Shown piece after piece: positions 41,959-52,300 of a stretch of 64,000 nt of DNA. Under the pieces are notes generated by a model. It was given only the letters and a program-made list of their open reading frames with translations, was not told the DNA's origin and made no database searches. The stretch spans positions 32,001 through 96,000 of the forward strand of contig OZ244779.1 of NCBI GenBank assembly GCA_965219575.1, read 5' to 3'. The position numbers were made by a program, and so were the translations under genes. Position 1 is the stretch's first letter, and every line of letters starts with the position of its first letter. This DNA is from Candidatus Oxydemutatoraceae bacterium (GTDB lineage: Bacteria > Pseudomonadota > Gammaproteobacteria > Poriferisulfidales > Oxydemutatoraceae).

Positions 41959-42602
41959 AATATAACTCGCATCGCTTTATAGAATATGCTCTTGAACACG
42001 AGGCAATCAAGCTAGGACAATTCAAACTGAAATCGGGCAGAACAAGCCCTTATTTTTTTAACGCCGGCGTATTCAACGACGGACAGGCTCTATGGGAACT
42101 CGGAAACTTCTACGCGCACACGATTGTTCAATCGGGTATTGATTTTGATATGCTGTTCGGACCGGCGTATAAGGGAATACCCCTAGTTTGCGCAACGGCT
42201 ATTTGCCTACAACAACAGGGCATGCATAAACCGTTTGCTTTCAATCGCAAGGAGGAAAAAACACACGGCGAAGGCGGACACCTGATAGGTGCCCCGCTCA
42301 AGGGGCGTGTCTTGATCGTGGACGATGTCGTGAGTGCCGGCACCGCCGCACGTCACTCGTTGAAATTGATCGAATCCCACGGCGCAAAGGCAGTCGCTTT
42401 CATCGTGTCATTTGACAGACAAGAAAAAGGTCACGGCAATACATCGTCAATTGCCGAGTTGAAAGCACAATTCGGAATTGAGGTGTTATCGGTTGCCACG
42501 CTTAAAGATTTAGTCGCAGTCGTTAAGCAAAACGACCGCTACACGAAGTTTCTGAGCGACCTGACAGCGTATCAAGCACAATACGGTTTTCCCGCAGTTT
42601 AA
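41955..42602 (+). CDS. pyrE: orotate phosphoribosyltransferase
   Basis: FKLKSGRTSPYFFNAG, FGPAYKGIPL, NRKEEKTHGEGG and IVDDVVSAGTA motifs. Confidence 0.97.
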   Translation: MKYNSHRFIEYALEHEAIKLGQFKLKSGRTSPYFFNAGVFNDGQALWELGNFYAHTIVQSGIDFDMLFGPAYKGIPLVCATAICLQQQGMHKPFAFNRKEEKTHGEGGHLIGAPLKGRVLIVDDVVSAGTAARHSLKLIESHGAKAVAFIVSFDRQEKGHGNTSSIAELKAQFGIEVLSVATLKDLVAVVKQNDRYTKFLSDLTAYQAQYGFPAV

Positions 42603-42619
42603 TGTCTGAAAGTATAGTG

Positions 42620-42907
42620 CTGGTACATTCCCCTCCTTTGGAGGGGTGGCCTATGCATTTTGCAATGCATGCGTTTAGCAGTCATGTTGAGGTTCTGAAC
42701 AAAGTCACGCCGATTGACCTGCTGGTTCAATCGGCGGTTCTATTCAGCCTGACGGGGTGGTTGTGTCGTATCTGCATGATTTATACATTCATCCATCCAA
42801 TTTATGGAAACCGTTATTTGTTGGCGCAAGCGGTTGGTGTCGTGCAGAACGGTACTCTAGGGCAGAAATATTAAATTGCCGATTGACCCACCGGCTCAAG
42901 CGGCGGT
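42620..42907. repeat. repeat cluster: long hairpin element with an empty MITE target site, plus a partial REP
   Basis: 42624-42764 is near-identical to 7275-7414; GGGGTGGTTGT-GTCGT-ATCTGCA is uninterrupted. Confidence 0.85.
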
Positions 42908-42967
42908 TTATTGTAGCGAACCTTCCAGAAAAACTTTGTTTCTAACGCAAATAGCCGTGCCGGGGCG
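42908..42967 (-). pseudogene. orphan 3' end of a KVFLEG-tail gene (RPGTAICVRNKVFLEGSLQ-stop)
   Basis: Manual translation; 51/57 nt identical to 44411-44467. There is no ATG start before the upstream in-frame stop at about 43050. Confidence 0.75.
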
Positions 42968-43085
42968 ACTTCGAGTAGCTCGAGGTCGCCCCGGCGACGG
43001 ACACCGGTGGCTTCGGGCACCTGCGTGGTCAACAAATGTTAATATGTGTTATATTTCATATATATCTACATAGGAAAAAATAGAG

Positions 43086-43304
43086 ATGTCAGAAATAGCA
43101 CTTTACGACACATTAAGAAAAATAAACGGAGTATCCGATGCCGAAGCAAAGGAAGCTGTTGCCGATATTGCTAGTTCAAAGGACGTAGCAACTAAAATGG
43201 ATATATCAGAACTAAAGGCGGTGATAGCAAAGCTAGAAACGCGTATGACTTGGAAGCTAGTAGGTATTGGTATAGCGATTATCGGAGTGATTAAATATCT
43301 CTAA
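43086..43304 (+). CDS. small DUF1640/CCDC90-like head-coiled-coil-TM protein
   Basis: LYDTLRKINGVSDAEAKE..DVATKMDI, then a TM; paralog of 38595-38825. Confidence 0.65.
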   Translation: MSEIALYDTLRKINGVSDAEAKEAVADIASSKDVATKMDISELKAVIAKLETRMTWKLVGIGIAIIGVIKYL

Positions 43305-43441
43305 AATAGTCTCAAAACTTTGGCACCGTACACCTTTTTGGGGGGTTTTTCAAGGAGATATAACTAGAGATCCGTGCAGGGTTAGAGAAATTACTTGTTG
43401 GTTTGACAAATTCTCTCACCATTATTTCTTTTGGCGTGATA

Positions 43442-44191
43442 TTAAAGACCCAGCCCCGCTAACAAATCACTTTGAGCAGAACCTGAAACACCTTTTGTAC
43501 TAGCAGCTGCACTCTCTCTAGTGGTTTCTAAACCCCAAGAGTACCAACCATCTCTTTTCACTCTAGCAAAAAGTTCTATTCTCTTTTGAACCGGAAACAT
43601 CTTTTCTATATTCTCTGCAACTTCAATAGGTTTCTCGCTATGCTGTTTTCTAGGACAGTTGATCAATTGTTTAATGTTCCTAGCACCTCTGGGATGAGGA
43701 ATACGACCCCGCTTAAACAATAAACAGAGTTCACAATAAGACATAGTATATTGACCCGGATTGTGTGCCATCTTATCCCACACAAAGGCAACCGTTTTGT
43801 ATTCAAACCCCCATGCTGCTCCGAGTTCAATAGCCTGTTGCAAATGTGGGTTGGTTGTCCACATAAACAATAAACTGTCGTTCTCTGCTATTGATTTTAT
43901 ATCCAGCTTCTTAAGATCGGATGTTTTGATGGTCGGATACTTAAAGTTGGCTGCACTAACAAAAACATCTTTGTTCCAACCCTTGTTGTTTTCAATGGTA
44001 GCGGTTTTATCGAATTGTAATTTTCCGTTGTAATGCCATGGCGGGTCGGCATACAGAATTGAGAATTTCATATCGGGCAGTGGTGGGTAAAATCGCTTAA
44101 GCATATTTACCTTTGTTTTTCTTTTTGCTTTCGCATTGTATATCTCATAACCTGATTTCGCCTCGTTGATTTGTAGATTGTTCATCATCAT
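43442..44191 (-). CDS. MT-A70 family N6-adenine methyltransferase (resembles M.MunI type), orphan
   Basis: ILYADPPW, LLFMWTT, WGFEYKT.AFVWDK, HSEKP and RIELFAR...GWYSWG motifs. Confidence 0.88.
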   Translation of the reverse strand: MMMNNLQINEAKSGYEIYNAKAKRKTKVNMLKRFYPPLPDMKFSILYADPPWHYNGKLQFDKTATIENNKGWNKDVFVSAANFKYPTIKTSDLKKLDIKSIAENDSLLFMWTTNPHLQQAIELGAAWGFEYKTVAFVWDKMAHNPGQYTMSYCELCLLFKRGRIPHPRGARNIKQLINCPRKQHSEKPIEVAENIEKMFPVQKRIELFARVKRDGWYSWGLETTRESAAASTKGVSGSAQSDLLAGLGL

Positions 44192-44682
44192 CTCCTATGC
44201 AGTAAGTTATTTATGAATGTCTCGCACACTTCTACCATGTGCCAACCAGCGTATGTATTATATCCACAAAATGAATGGGTGAATGTGTTCATCATGCAGA
44301 TATGGCGCGACCACATAAGAGGATAAACCTTAGTTTATCCGACCTACATTCTTATGTTGAGGTTCTGCACAAAGTCACGCCACTTGCCCAACTGGAGCAA
44401 GTGGCGGTTCTATTGGAGCGGACCCTCCAGAAAAACCTTGCTTCTAACGCAAATAGCTGTGCCGGGGATAGGTAAAATATCGTTAGGAAAATCCAATTGG
44501 GCATTAGCGGTACTAGAACTGGTGATTCCAATAGTGATTTTTATGGTTTTACACATATCAAAAGAATCACTCAGTGTTAATCGCATAGGCACATTGACGT
44601 TCTCCCAAAATTTAGTACTAATGCTTAAAGTTAGTTTTTCCGATAAACTAGAGAAGTTAAAAACATTACAGGAGAACTTAAC

Positions 44683-44949
44683 ATGAAGAGAAAACGTTTT
44701 AGTGAAGAACAAATCATTAAGGCATTAAAGTCAAATCAAGCCGGCATGAAAGTAATCGATATCTGTCGTGATCTAGGCATCGCCGAACAGACATTTTATC
44801 GCTGGCGCAGCAAGTATAATGGCATGGAAGTGGCAGAAGCTAAACGCCTGCGAGAGCTTGAAGCCGATAATAGCAAGCTCAAGAAGCTATTGGCTGAATC
44901 GGTGATGCAGTGTGAAACACTTAAGGAGGTATTATCAAAAAAGTGGTAA
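44683..44949 (+). CDS. IS3 transposase OrfA
   Basis: MKRKRFSEEQII..L....G.....ICR.LGIAEQTFYRWRSKY HTH; AAAAAAG -1 frameshift motif at 44937-44943. Confidence 0.93.
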   Translation: MKRKRFSEEQIIKALKSNQAGMKVIDICRDLGIAEQTFYRWRSKYNGMEVAEAKRLRELEADNSKLKKLLAESVMQCETLKEVLSKKW

Positions 44950-45767
44950 AGCCGGCGCAACGCAAGCAGATTGTCAAAGATCTAGTGAGCGCGGGTCGGC
45001 ATAGTGAACGCACTGCGTGTGCCCTTGCCAGTATTAGTCGCACTGCATATCGCTATCAGGGCAACCAAGCCGATAAAGATCGTCAACTGGAAGTTGCGTT
45101 ATTGGAGAAGGCAAAGCAATATCCACATTATGGCTATAAGATGTTGCATGCGCTTTTGAAGAGCGAAGGCCGGGTCGTCAATGTGAAGCGTACCTATAGG
45201 CTTTATAAGAAGCTCAGGCTCGAATTGAGAACCAAGAAGCGCAAGAAGCTGTGTCATCCGCGTGGCGTGCCGAAAACACCGGCAACGGTGAATGAGTGCT
45301 GGTCAATGGACTTTGTGCATGACCAGTTTAGCGACGGCAGATGCTTTCGGGTATTGAACATAGTAGATAACTTCAGCCGTGAATGTGTCGGACAGATTGT
45401 TGATGTTTCGATCACCGGTCAACGCGTAGCAAACTATCTATCCGAATTGATAGAATGGCTCGGTGTGAAGCCGGCACGCATCGTCTGCGACAATGGCACC
45501 GAGTTTAGATGCAAGGCGATGTTTCACTGGAGCCGAGATCAGCAGGTGGAATTGGACTTTATCCAACCCGGCAAACCGACCCAGAATGCCTTTGTAGAAA
45601 GTTTCAACGGCAAGTTCCGAGACGGTTGTCTGAACCAGTTCTGGTTTCGTTCAATAAAAGAGGCGAGAGAGATTATAGAAGCCTGGCGAATAGATTATAA
45701 TGAAGTGCGTCCGCACAGCGCATTGGGTTATCAACCCCCAAGTGTATTTGCGGAGGCTATAGCATGA
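44943..45767 (+). CDS. IS3 transposase OrfB (DDE)
   Basis: WSMDFVHD, DNGTEF, PGKPTQNAFVESFNGKFR and YNEVRPHSALGY motifs. Confidence 0.93.
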   Translation: MVKPAQRKQIVKDLVSAGRHSERTACALASISRTAYRYQGNQADKDRQLEVALLEKAKQYPHYGYKMLHALLKSEGRVVNVKRTYRLYKKLRLELRTKKRKKLCHPRGVPKTPATVNECWSMDFVHDQFSDGRCFRVLNIVDNFSRECVGQIVDVSITGQRVANYLSELIEWLGVKPARIVCDNGTEFRCKAMFHWSRDQQVELDFIQPGKPTQNAFVESFNGKFRDGCLNQFWFRSIKEAREIIEAWRIDYNEVRPHSALGYQPPSVFAEAIA

Positions 45768-46224
45768 AAACTAACTTTGTATATGGTAATAAAAATGGGG
45801 TAACGTCAACATCTTGTTGATCATCGGAATCCATGCAGAGTCGGTAAGAAATACCGGCGGAACTAGAAAAGTCAAGGAAACGACCTAAAGAACAGTTAGT
45901 AAGAGGAGGAGTATAATTGCTCTCATCCGCCAAACTCCCTTCGCTGGGACTAACATCCAAAGACTGAATTTGAGTCACTAACACCTCGCTAACCGTGAGT
46001 TGACGGCTTAACTTGACATTGAAATCTATTATGCGCCCCATAGAGGTTCGAGTGGTTTCTACATCTCCTAGGCCAACAAAAACTTGTGCGGAAGCCACAT
46101 TTGCCGAGCAAACGAGCAGTAAGCACAAACCGGCATGGATTAGATAACGTCGTAAGTATTTCATCACCCCAAATTTTTTCATAGCCCACCATTATATCAG
46201 TACGCCAGAACCCAATTTAATAAT

Positions 46225-46399
46225 GATATGGATGAATGTATAAACATAGTACGGATACGACACAACCACCCCGTCAGGCTGAATAGAACCGCCGATTGAA
46301 CCAGTCGGTCAATCGGCGTGACTTTGTGCAGAACCTTAACATGACTGCTAAACGCATACATTGCAAAATCCATAGGCCACCCCTCCACAGGAGGGGAAT
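46225..46399. repeat. long hairpin element with an empty MITE target site, downstream of groL
   Basis: Reverse-complement copy of 42624-42790. Confidence 0.85.
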
Positions 46400-46404
46400 A
46401 AAAT

Positions 46405-46430
46405 AAAAAAGCCCTGCGGAGCAGGGCTTT
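46405..46430 (-). terminator. rho-independent terminator of groESL
   Basis: GCCCTGC-TCC-GCAGGGC followed by TTTTTT on the minus strand. Confidence 0.8.
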
Positions 46431-46456
46431 CTTGTTTAAGCAGATGTTGCTACGGA

Positions 46457-48109
<1,653 letters not shown>

Positions 48110-48120
48110 CTATTGTCGGT

Positions 48121-48411
48121 TTAAGACTCAAGAATAGCCAACACGTCATCTTCACGCATAACGACTATATCTTCTCCGTCCAGCTTGATTTCGGTACCTG
48201 AATACTTACCGAACAAAATCTTATCGCCCTTTTTGAGGGTTAAAGCACGAACCGTGCCGTCATCCAGCAGTTTGCCCTCTCCGACTGCTACGACTTCTCC
48301 TCTCATAGGCTTTTCAGTAGCACTGTCGGGAATGACAATGCCACCAGGGCTTAATTTCTCTTCTTCCGTGCGTTTTACTACGACACGGTCGTGTAAAGGT
48401 CGAATATTCAT
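48121..48411 (-). CDS. groS: co-chaperonin GroES
   Basis: [34 protein letters not shown]. Confidence 0.99.
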   Translation of the reverse strand: MNIRPLHDRVVVKRTEEEKLSPGGIVIPDSATEKPMRGEVVAVGEGKLLDDGTVRALTLKKGDKILFGKYSGTEIKLDGEDIVVMREDDVLAILES

Positions 48412-48490
48412 TCTTCGTAGACTCCTATTTATAATGTTTATTTCAATGATTTTAATTAAGGTATCGCATTTTATACCTAATTAGGCATAG

Positions 48491-48517
48491 ATATAAGGGT
48501 AATCTCTAAAAATTCAA
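48491..48517 (-). promoter_or_regulatory. putative sigma-32 promoter of groESL
   Basis: Minus strand TTGAA-N13-CCCTTATAT resembles the RpoH consensus TTGAA-N13/14-CCCCATNT. Confidence 0.55.
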
Positions 48518-48553
48518 TAAAAAAAGTTAAAAAAATTAAATTGGCGTGCTTGT

Positions 48554-48896
48554 CTATGGTTTCGGGCAATGTGAGACAGCCCTGTGCATGCGGTATAACA
48601 CAACTATCGCAAGCGATAAGAGTAGCAACAGCGAGTAGCCCACAAAACCACCACTGCTACTACGCTTCTTTCATCTCACGCTCCGACAAAAGGTTCTCGT
48701 CGCTGACCGTGAACTCATAATATCCTCTCCCCCCTTCGACATGGGCAACCAATGCCAAATAATCACCCGCTCTAGGGGCAATCCATTCAATGCTCGATAC
48801 ATCGCTGCCACGATAACGCTCACTCCGTTCTATTAAACTCGTCGCGTCGGGATCATATAAGCTCAACTCCGTCACCATTCGGGTATTATCATAGCC
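48554..48896 (-). pseudogene. 3' remnant of a surface protein: PPC-like domain plus frameshifted GlyGly-CTERM-like anchor
   Basis: TELSLYDPD..SSIEWIAPRAGDYLALV...GYYEFTV; the shifted frame 48670-48554 reads KKRSSSGGFVGYSLLLLLSLAIVVLYRMHR. The 5' part is cut by the IS remnant. Confidence 0.7.
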
Positions 48897-49344
48897 TGAC
48901 GTTACCCCATTTTTAGGGCCACCTGCAATGTCAGTTTTCATGCTATTGCCTCCGCAAATACACTCGGAGGTTGATACCTCAATGCGCGGTGCGCACGGAC
49001 TTCATCATAATCTATGCGCCAGTCTTCTATAATCTCTCTGGCCTCTTTTATTGAACGAAACCAGAACTGGCTCAGGCAACCAGCTCGGAACTTGCCGTTG
49101 AAACTTTCTACAAAGGCATTCCGGGTCGGTTTGCCGGGTTGGATAAAGTCCAATTCCACCTGCTGGTCTCGGTTCCAGTGGAACATGGCATTGCATCTAA
49201 ACTCGGTGCCATTGTCGCAGACGATGCGTACCGGCTTTGCGTCGAGCCGTTCTATCAATTAAGTTCTCCTGTAATGTTTTTAACTTCTCTAGTTTATCGG
49301 AAAAACCAACTTAAACATTGGTACTAAATTCGGGGAGAACGTCA
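48897..49344 (-). mobile_element. internally deleted 448-bp derivative of the IS3 element (both ends kept, no TSD)
   Basis: Ends match 44595 and 45808. OrfA and the first part of OrfB are missing (junction GGAGAACTTAA|TTGATAGAA). Flanks AGCC and GTAT differ. Confidence 0.88.
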
Positions 49345-49351
49345 GTATCAT

Positions 49352-52300
49352 TTATTGAAGAGGGCCTTCTAAAAATACTTTGGTGCGAATCCTAAGCAGC
49401 GGACGAGTTGTATAAACACGCTCCGGCGAATAAACCGCTTCGCGATAACCTTGACCATCGGTATAAGTCCCTTTGACGCGAAATAGACTGCCATCCTCTA
49501 CTACAGAGAACCTGTTGCCACCTTCCACCAAAATACTAGAACCCGATATCATGTACCGTATCCCGCCGGCATCGTCGATATTCATCCAATGACTCTCCGA
49601 GGGACAACGCCCTTCATTCCCTTCACAGACTTGCCATTGATACACCACAGTCCCACTAGTGCCTCCGTCGGGATCGTCGGATAATATCATCGCCGTTAAT
49701 GTCGTCCCTCCGCTTACTATTTCTACGGAGATTCGTATCGTTGCAGAACCATTATTTTTCTTCCTCACTTCTACCAATACCGCACTTGTCGTAGCGAGCT
49801 CCCCGTCGCTCACTTCTACCTCCAAATTGAGCGTCGTTCGGGTGGATGCAGCATCTTTTATATAGTCGGGTGGAATGTCGAGTGTTGCCGGGTTGCTATT
49901 GTCATTGCTAAATACCCCGGAATCCTCGCTCCAGCGATACATTAAGTCGTCATAGTTTGCATCACTTGCACTCACGCTAATATTTTGCGTATCGCCTTCA
50001 CCGATCACCTCCGTTGCAGTAGTGCTTGTGATAACCGGTCGTTCATTTGCAACGATATAGGAGTTGGATTGAATAACCACAGACTGTCCTAGATTATCCA
50101 TGATTATTAGGTCTAGTCTATAACTGGTGCCGGTCGCGCGTCCCAATTTATTGTCCGCTATCATATAGGTTCGGCTGGTAGCATCCGTTATAGCAACACC
50201 CTCTCTATACCACCGATAATTCACCCCAACGATATTGTCCGCATCCTCTAGCGTTGAAGTCGCACGCAGTAACCATTTATTGCTATTATCCGGTTCTATG
50301 CGCACACGACCGGTCGGCTTCTTACCAACACGCACCAGCAAAGATACATTGGCGGTTGATCCTCTGCTATCCGTTGCGGTGAATACGACAGTGGCTGTTC
50401 CTGCTATAACACCGGTTAGTGTGAAGGTTATACTCGTATCGGTCGTTATCGTATCGGTTTGTGTCGGTATCACCGATACGATAGTCCGGCTTGATGACCT
50501 CGCCGCCAAAACGACACCATCGCCGACATCAAAATTAGTGTCCGATATCAAAACCATTACTTGCGTGGTGTTGCCCAACCTTATCGCCGGCTGCGGTGCG
50601 GCAATAAGCTCAAGCATCGGGGCTTCGTTCCCTTCGACTGCCACCTCAAACCGTTTTGAGACCTCGGAGTTCGACACACCTCTGCGGTCATTCACCGTCG
50701 CAGTGACTGTCGTAATACCGGCACCGATACCGGTAATCTTAATCGTGCGCGTCGTACCCGCTCCCGCTACACTTACGCTTGCAACTTCGGGTTCATCCGA
50801 TTGAATACCGAATATTAGATCACTTGATATATCGTCGGCATCGGCATCGCTTAGCTCCACACCAAACACAGCCTCTGCCCCTTCTAACAGACTGATACGT
50901 TGCGAAGGTATACCGCTAATCGTCGGCGAATTATTTACACGCTCTCTATGAGTATATCCCGGTGTATCAATCGTTTCGCGATAACCTTGACCATCGGTAT
51001 AAGTCGCTTCTGCACGAAATACACTGATATCTTTTACTATCTGAAATCTACTGCCGCCTTCCAACAAAATACTAGAACCCGATATGATGTACTGTGCTTC
51101 GTTAGCTCCATCAATATCCAGCCAATCATTCGCCGAGGGACAAGAGAATCCGTTCCCTTCACATACCTGCCATTGATACGCCACAGCCTCACCGGTGCCT
51201 CCGTCAGGATCATCGGAGGATACGGTTGCCAGGATTGCCGTATCTCCGTTTATTTCGTCTAGGGAAACTCCTAATCTTGCAAAATCATTATTTTTCTTGT
51301 TCACCACGACCAGTACCGTTCTTGTCGTAAAGAGCTCCCCGTCGTTTACTTCCACCTCCAGATTGAGTATCGTTTGGGTGGATACGGCATCTCTTATATA
51401 GTAGGGTGGAATGCTTAATCTCGCCGGGTTGCTATTCTCATTGCTTAATACCCCGGAGTCCCCAATCCAGCGATACACTAAGTCGTCATAGTTCGGATCA
51501 CTCGCTGTCACGCTAATATCCTGCCTGTCACCCTCACTGATCTCTGCTACAGGAACGGTAATAACAGGTTGTTCATTTGCAACCTCATAGGGGTTCGATC
51601 GAATAACTACCGATTGCCCTAGACTATCCATAACCGTCATTTCTAAACTATAGCTTGTGCCTACGGCGCGTCCATTTCTACTGTCCGGTATCGTATAGGT
51701 CGGGTTGGTAGCATTCGCTATCGCAACACCCTCTCTATACCATTGATAATTTACCTCAACAATGCCGTTCGCATCCTCTACCGTTGAAGCCACACGCAGT
51801 AACCATTGATTACTGCTATCCGGTTCTATGCGCACACCACCGGTCGGCTTCGCATCGACAGACACCAGCAAAGAGACACTATCGGTTGACACGCTCCTAT
51901 CCGTTGCAGTGAATACAATAGTCGCTGTTCCTGCTTTAATACCGCTTAGTGTGAAGGGTACGCTCATATCGGTCGCTATAGGGTCGGTTCTCGTCGGTAT
52001 CACCGATACGATAGATCGGCTTGACGACATCGCCTCCAAAACAACACCATCGCCCACATCAAAATCGGCATCCGACACCAAAACCATTACCTGTGTGGTA
52101 TTGCCCAGCCCTATCGTTCGATTGGGTGCGGCAATAACCTCAAGCATCGGGGCTTCGTTCCCTTCAACCTCCACCTCAAACCGTTCCGAGACTTCGGAGT
52201 TCGACACACCTCTACCATCGTTGACCGTCGCAGTGATGGTCGCAATACCGACACCGATAGCGGTAATCTTAATCGTACGGGTCGTACCCGCTCCTTCTAC

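Larger units (their letters stand above)
44595..45808 (+). mobile_element. IS3-family (IS407-group-like) insertion sequence, 1214 bp, 4-bp TSD ACAT
   Basis: Ends TGACGTTCTCCCAAAATTTAG... and ...AAAAATGGGGTAACGTCA are imperfect IRs with TG..CA; ACAT at 44591-44594 and 45809-45812. Confidence 0.93.
44410..46182 (-). pseudogene. 184-aa secreted KVFLEG-tail protein gene interrupted by an IS3-family element
   Basis: Removing 44595-45808 and one ACAT joins ...DSDDQQDV to PMRLTLSD...AICVRSKVFLEGPLQ in frame (374+181=555 nt). Signal peptide ends VASA|Q. Confidence 0.88.

Noticed and set aside
7542-42836. GCAAGCGGT as a Pasteurellaceae-like DNA uptake sequence
   Set aside because: It was seen essentially only inside the repeat clusters, not spread through genes as uptake sequences are.
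33600-44400. Small genes plus hairpins as integron cassettes
   Set aside because: There is no integrase, no RYYYAAC/GTTRRRY attC boxes were recognised, and the genes are interspersed with housekeeping operons.
7185-46399. Intergenic repeats as a CRISPR array
   Set aside because: There is no regular repeat-unique spacer periodicity, copies are dispersed and nested, and no cas genes are present.
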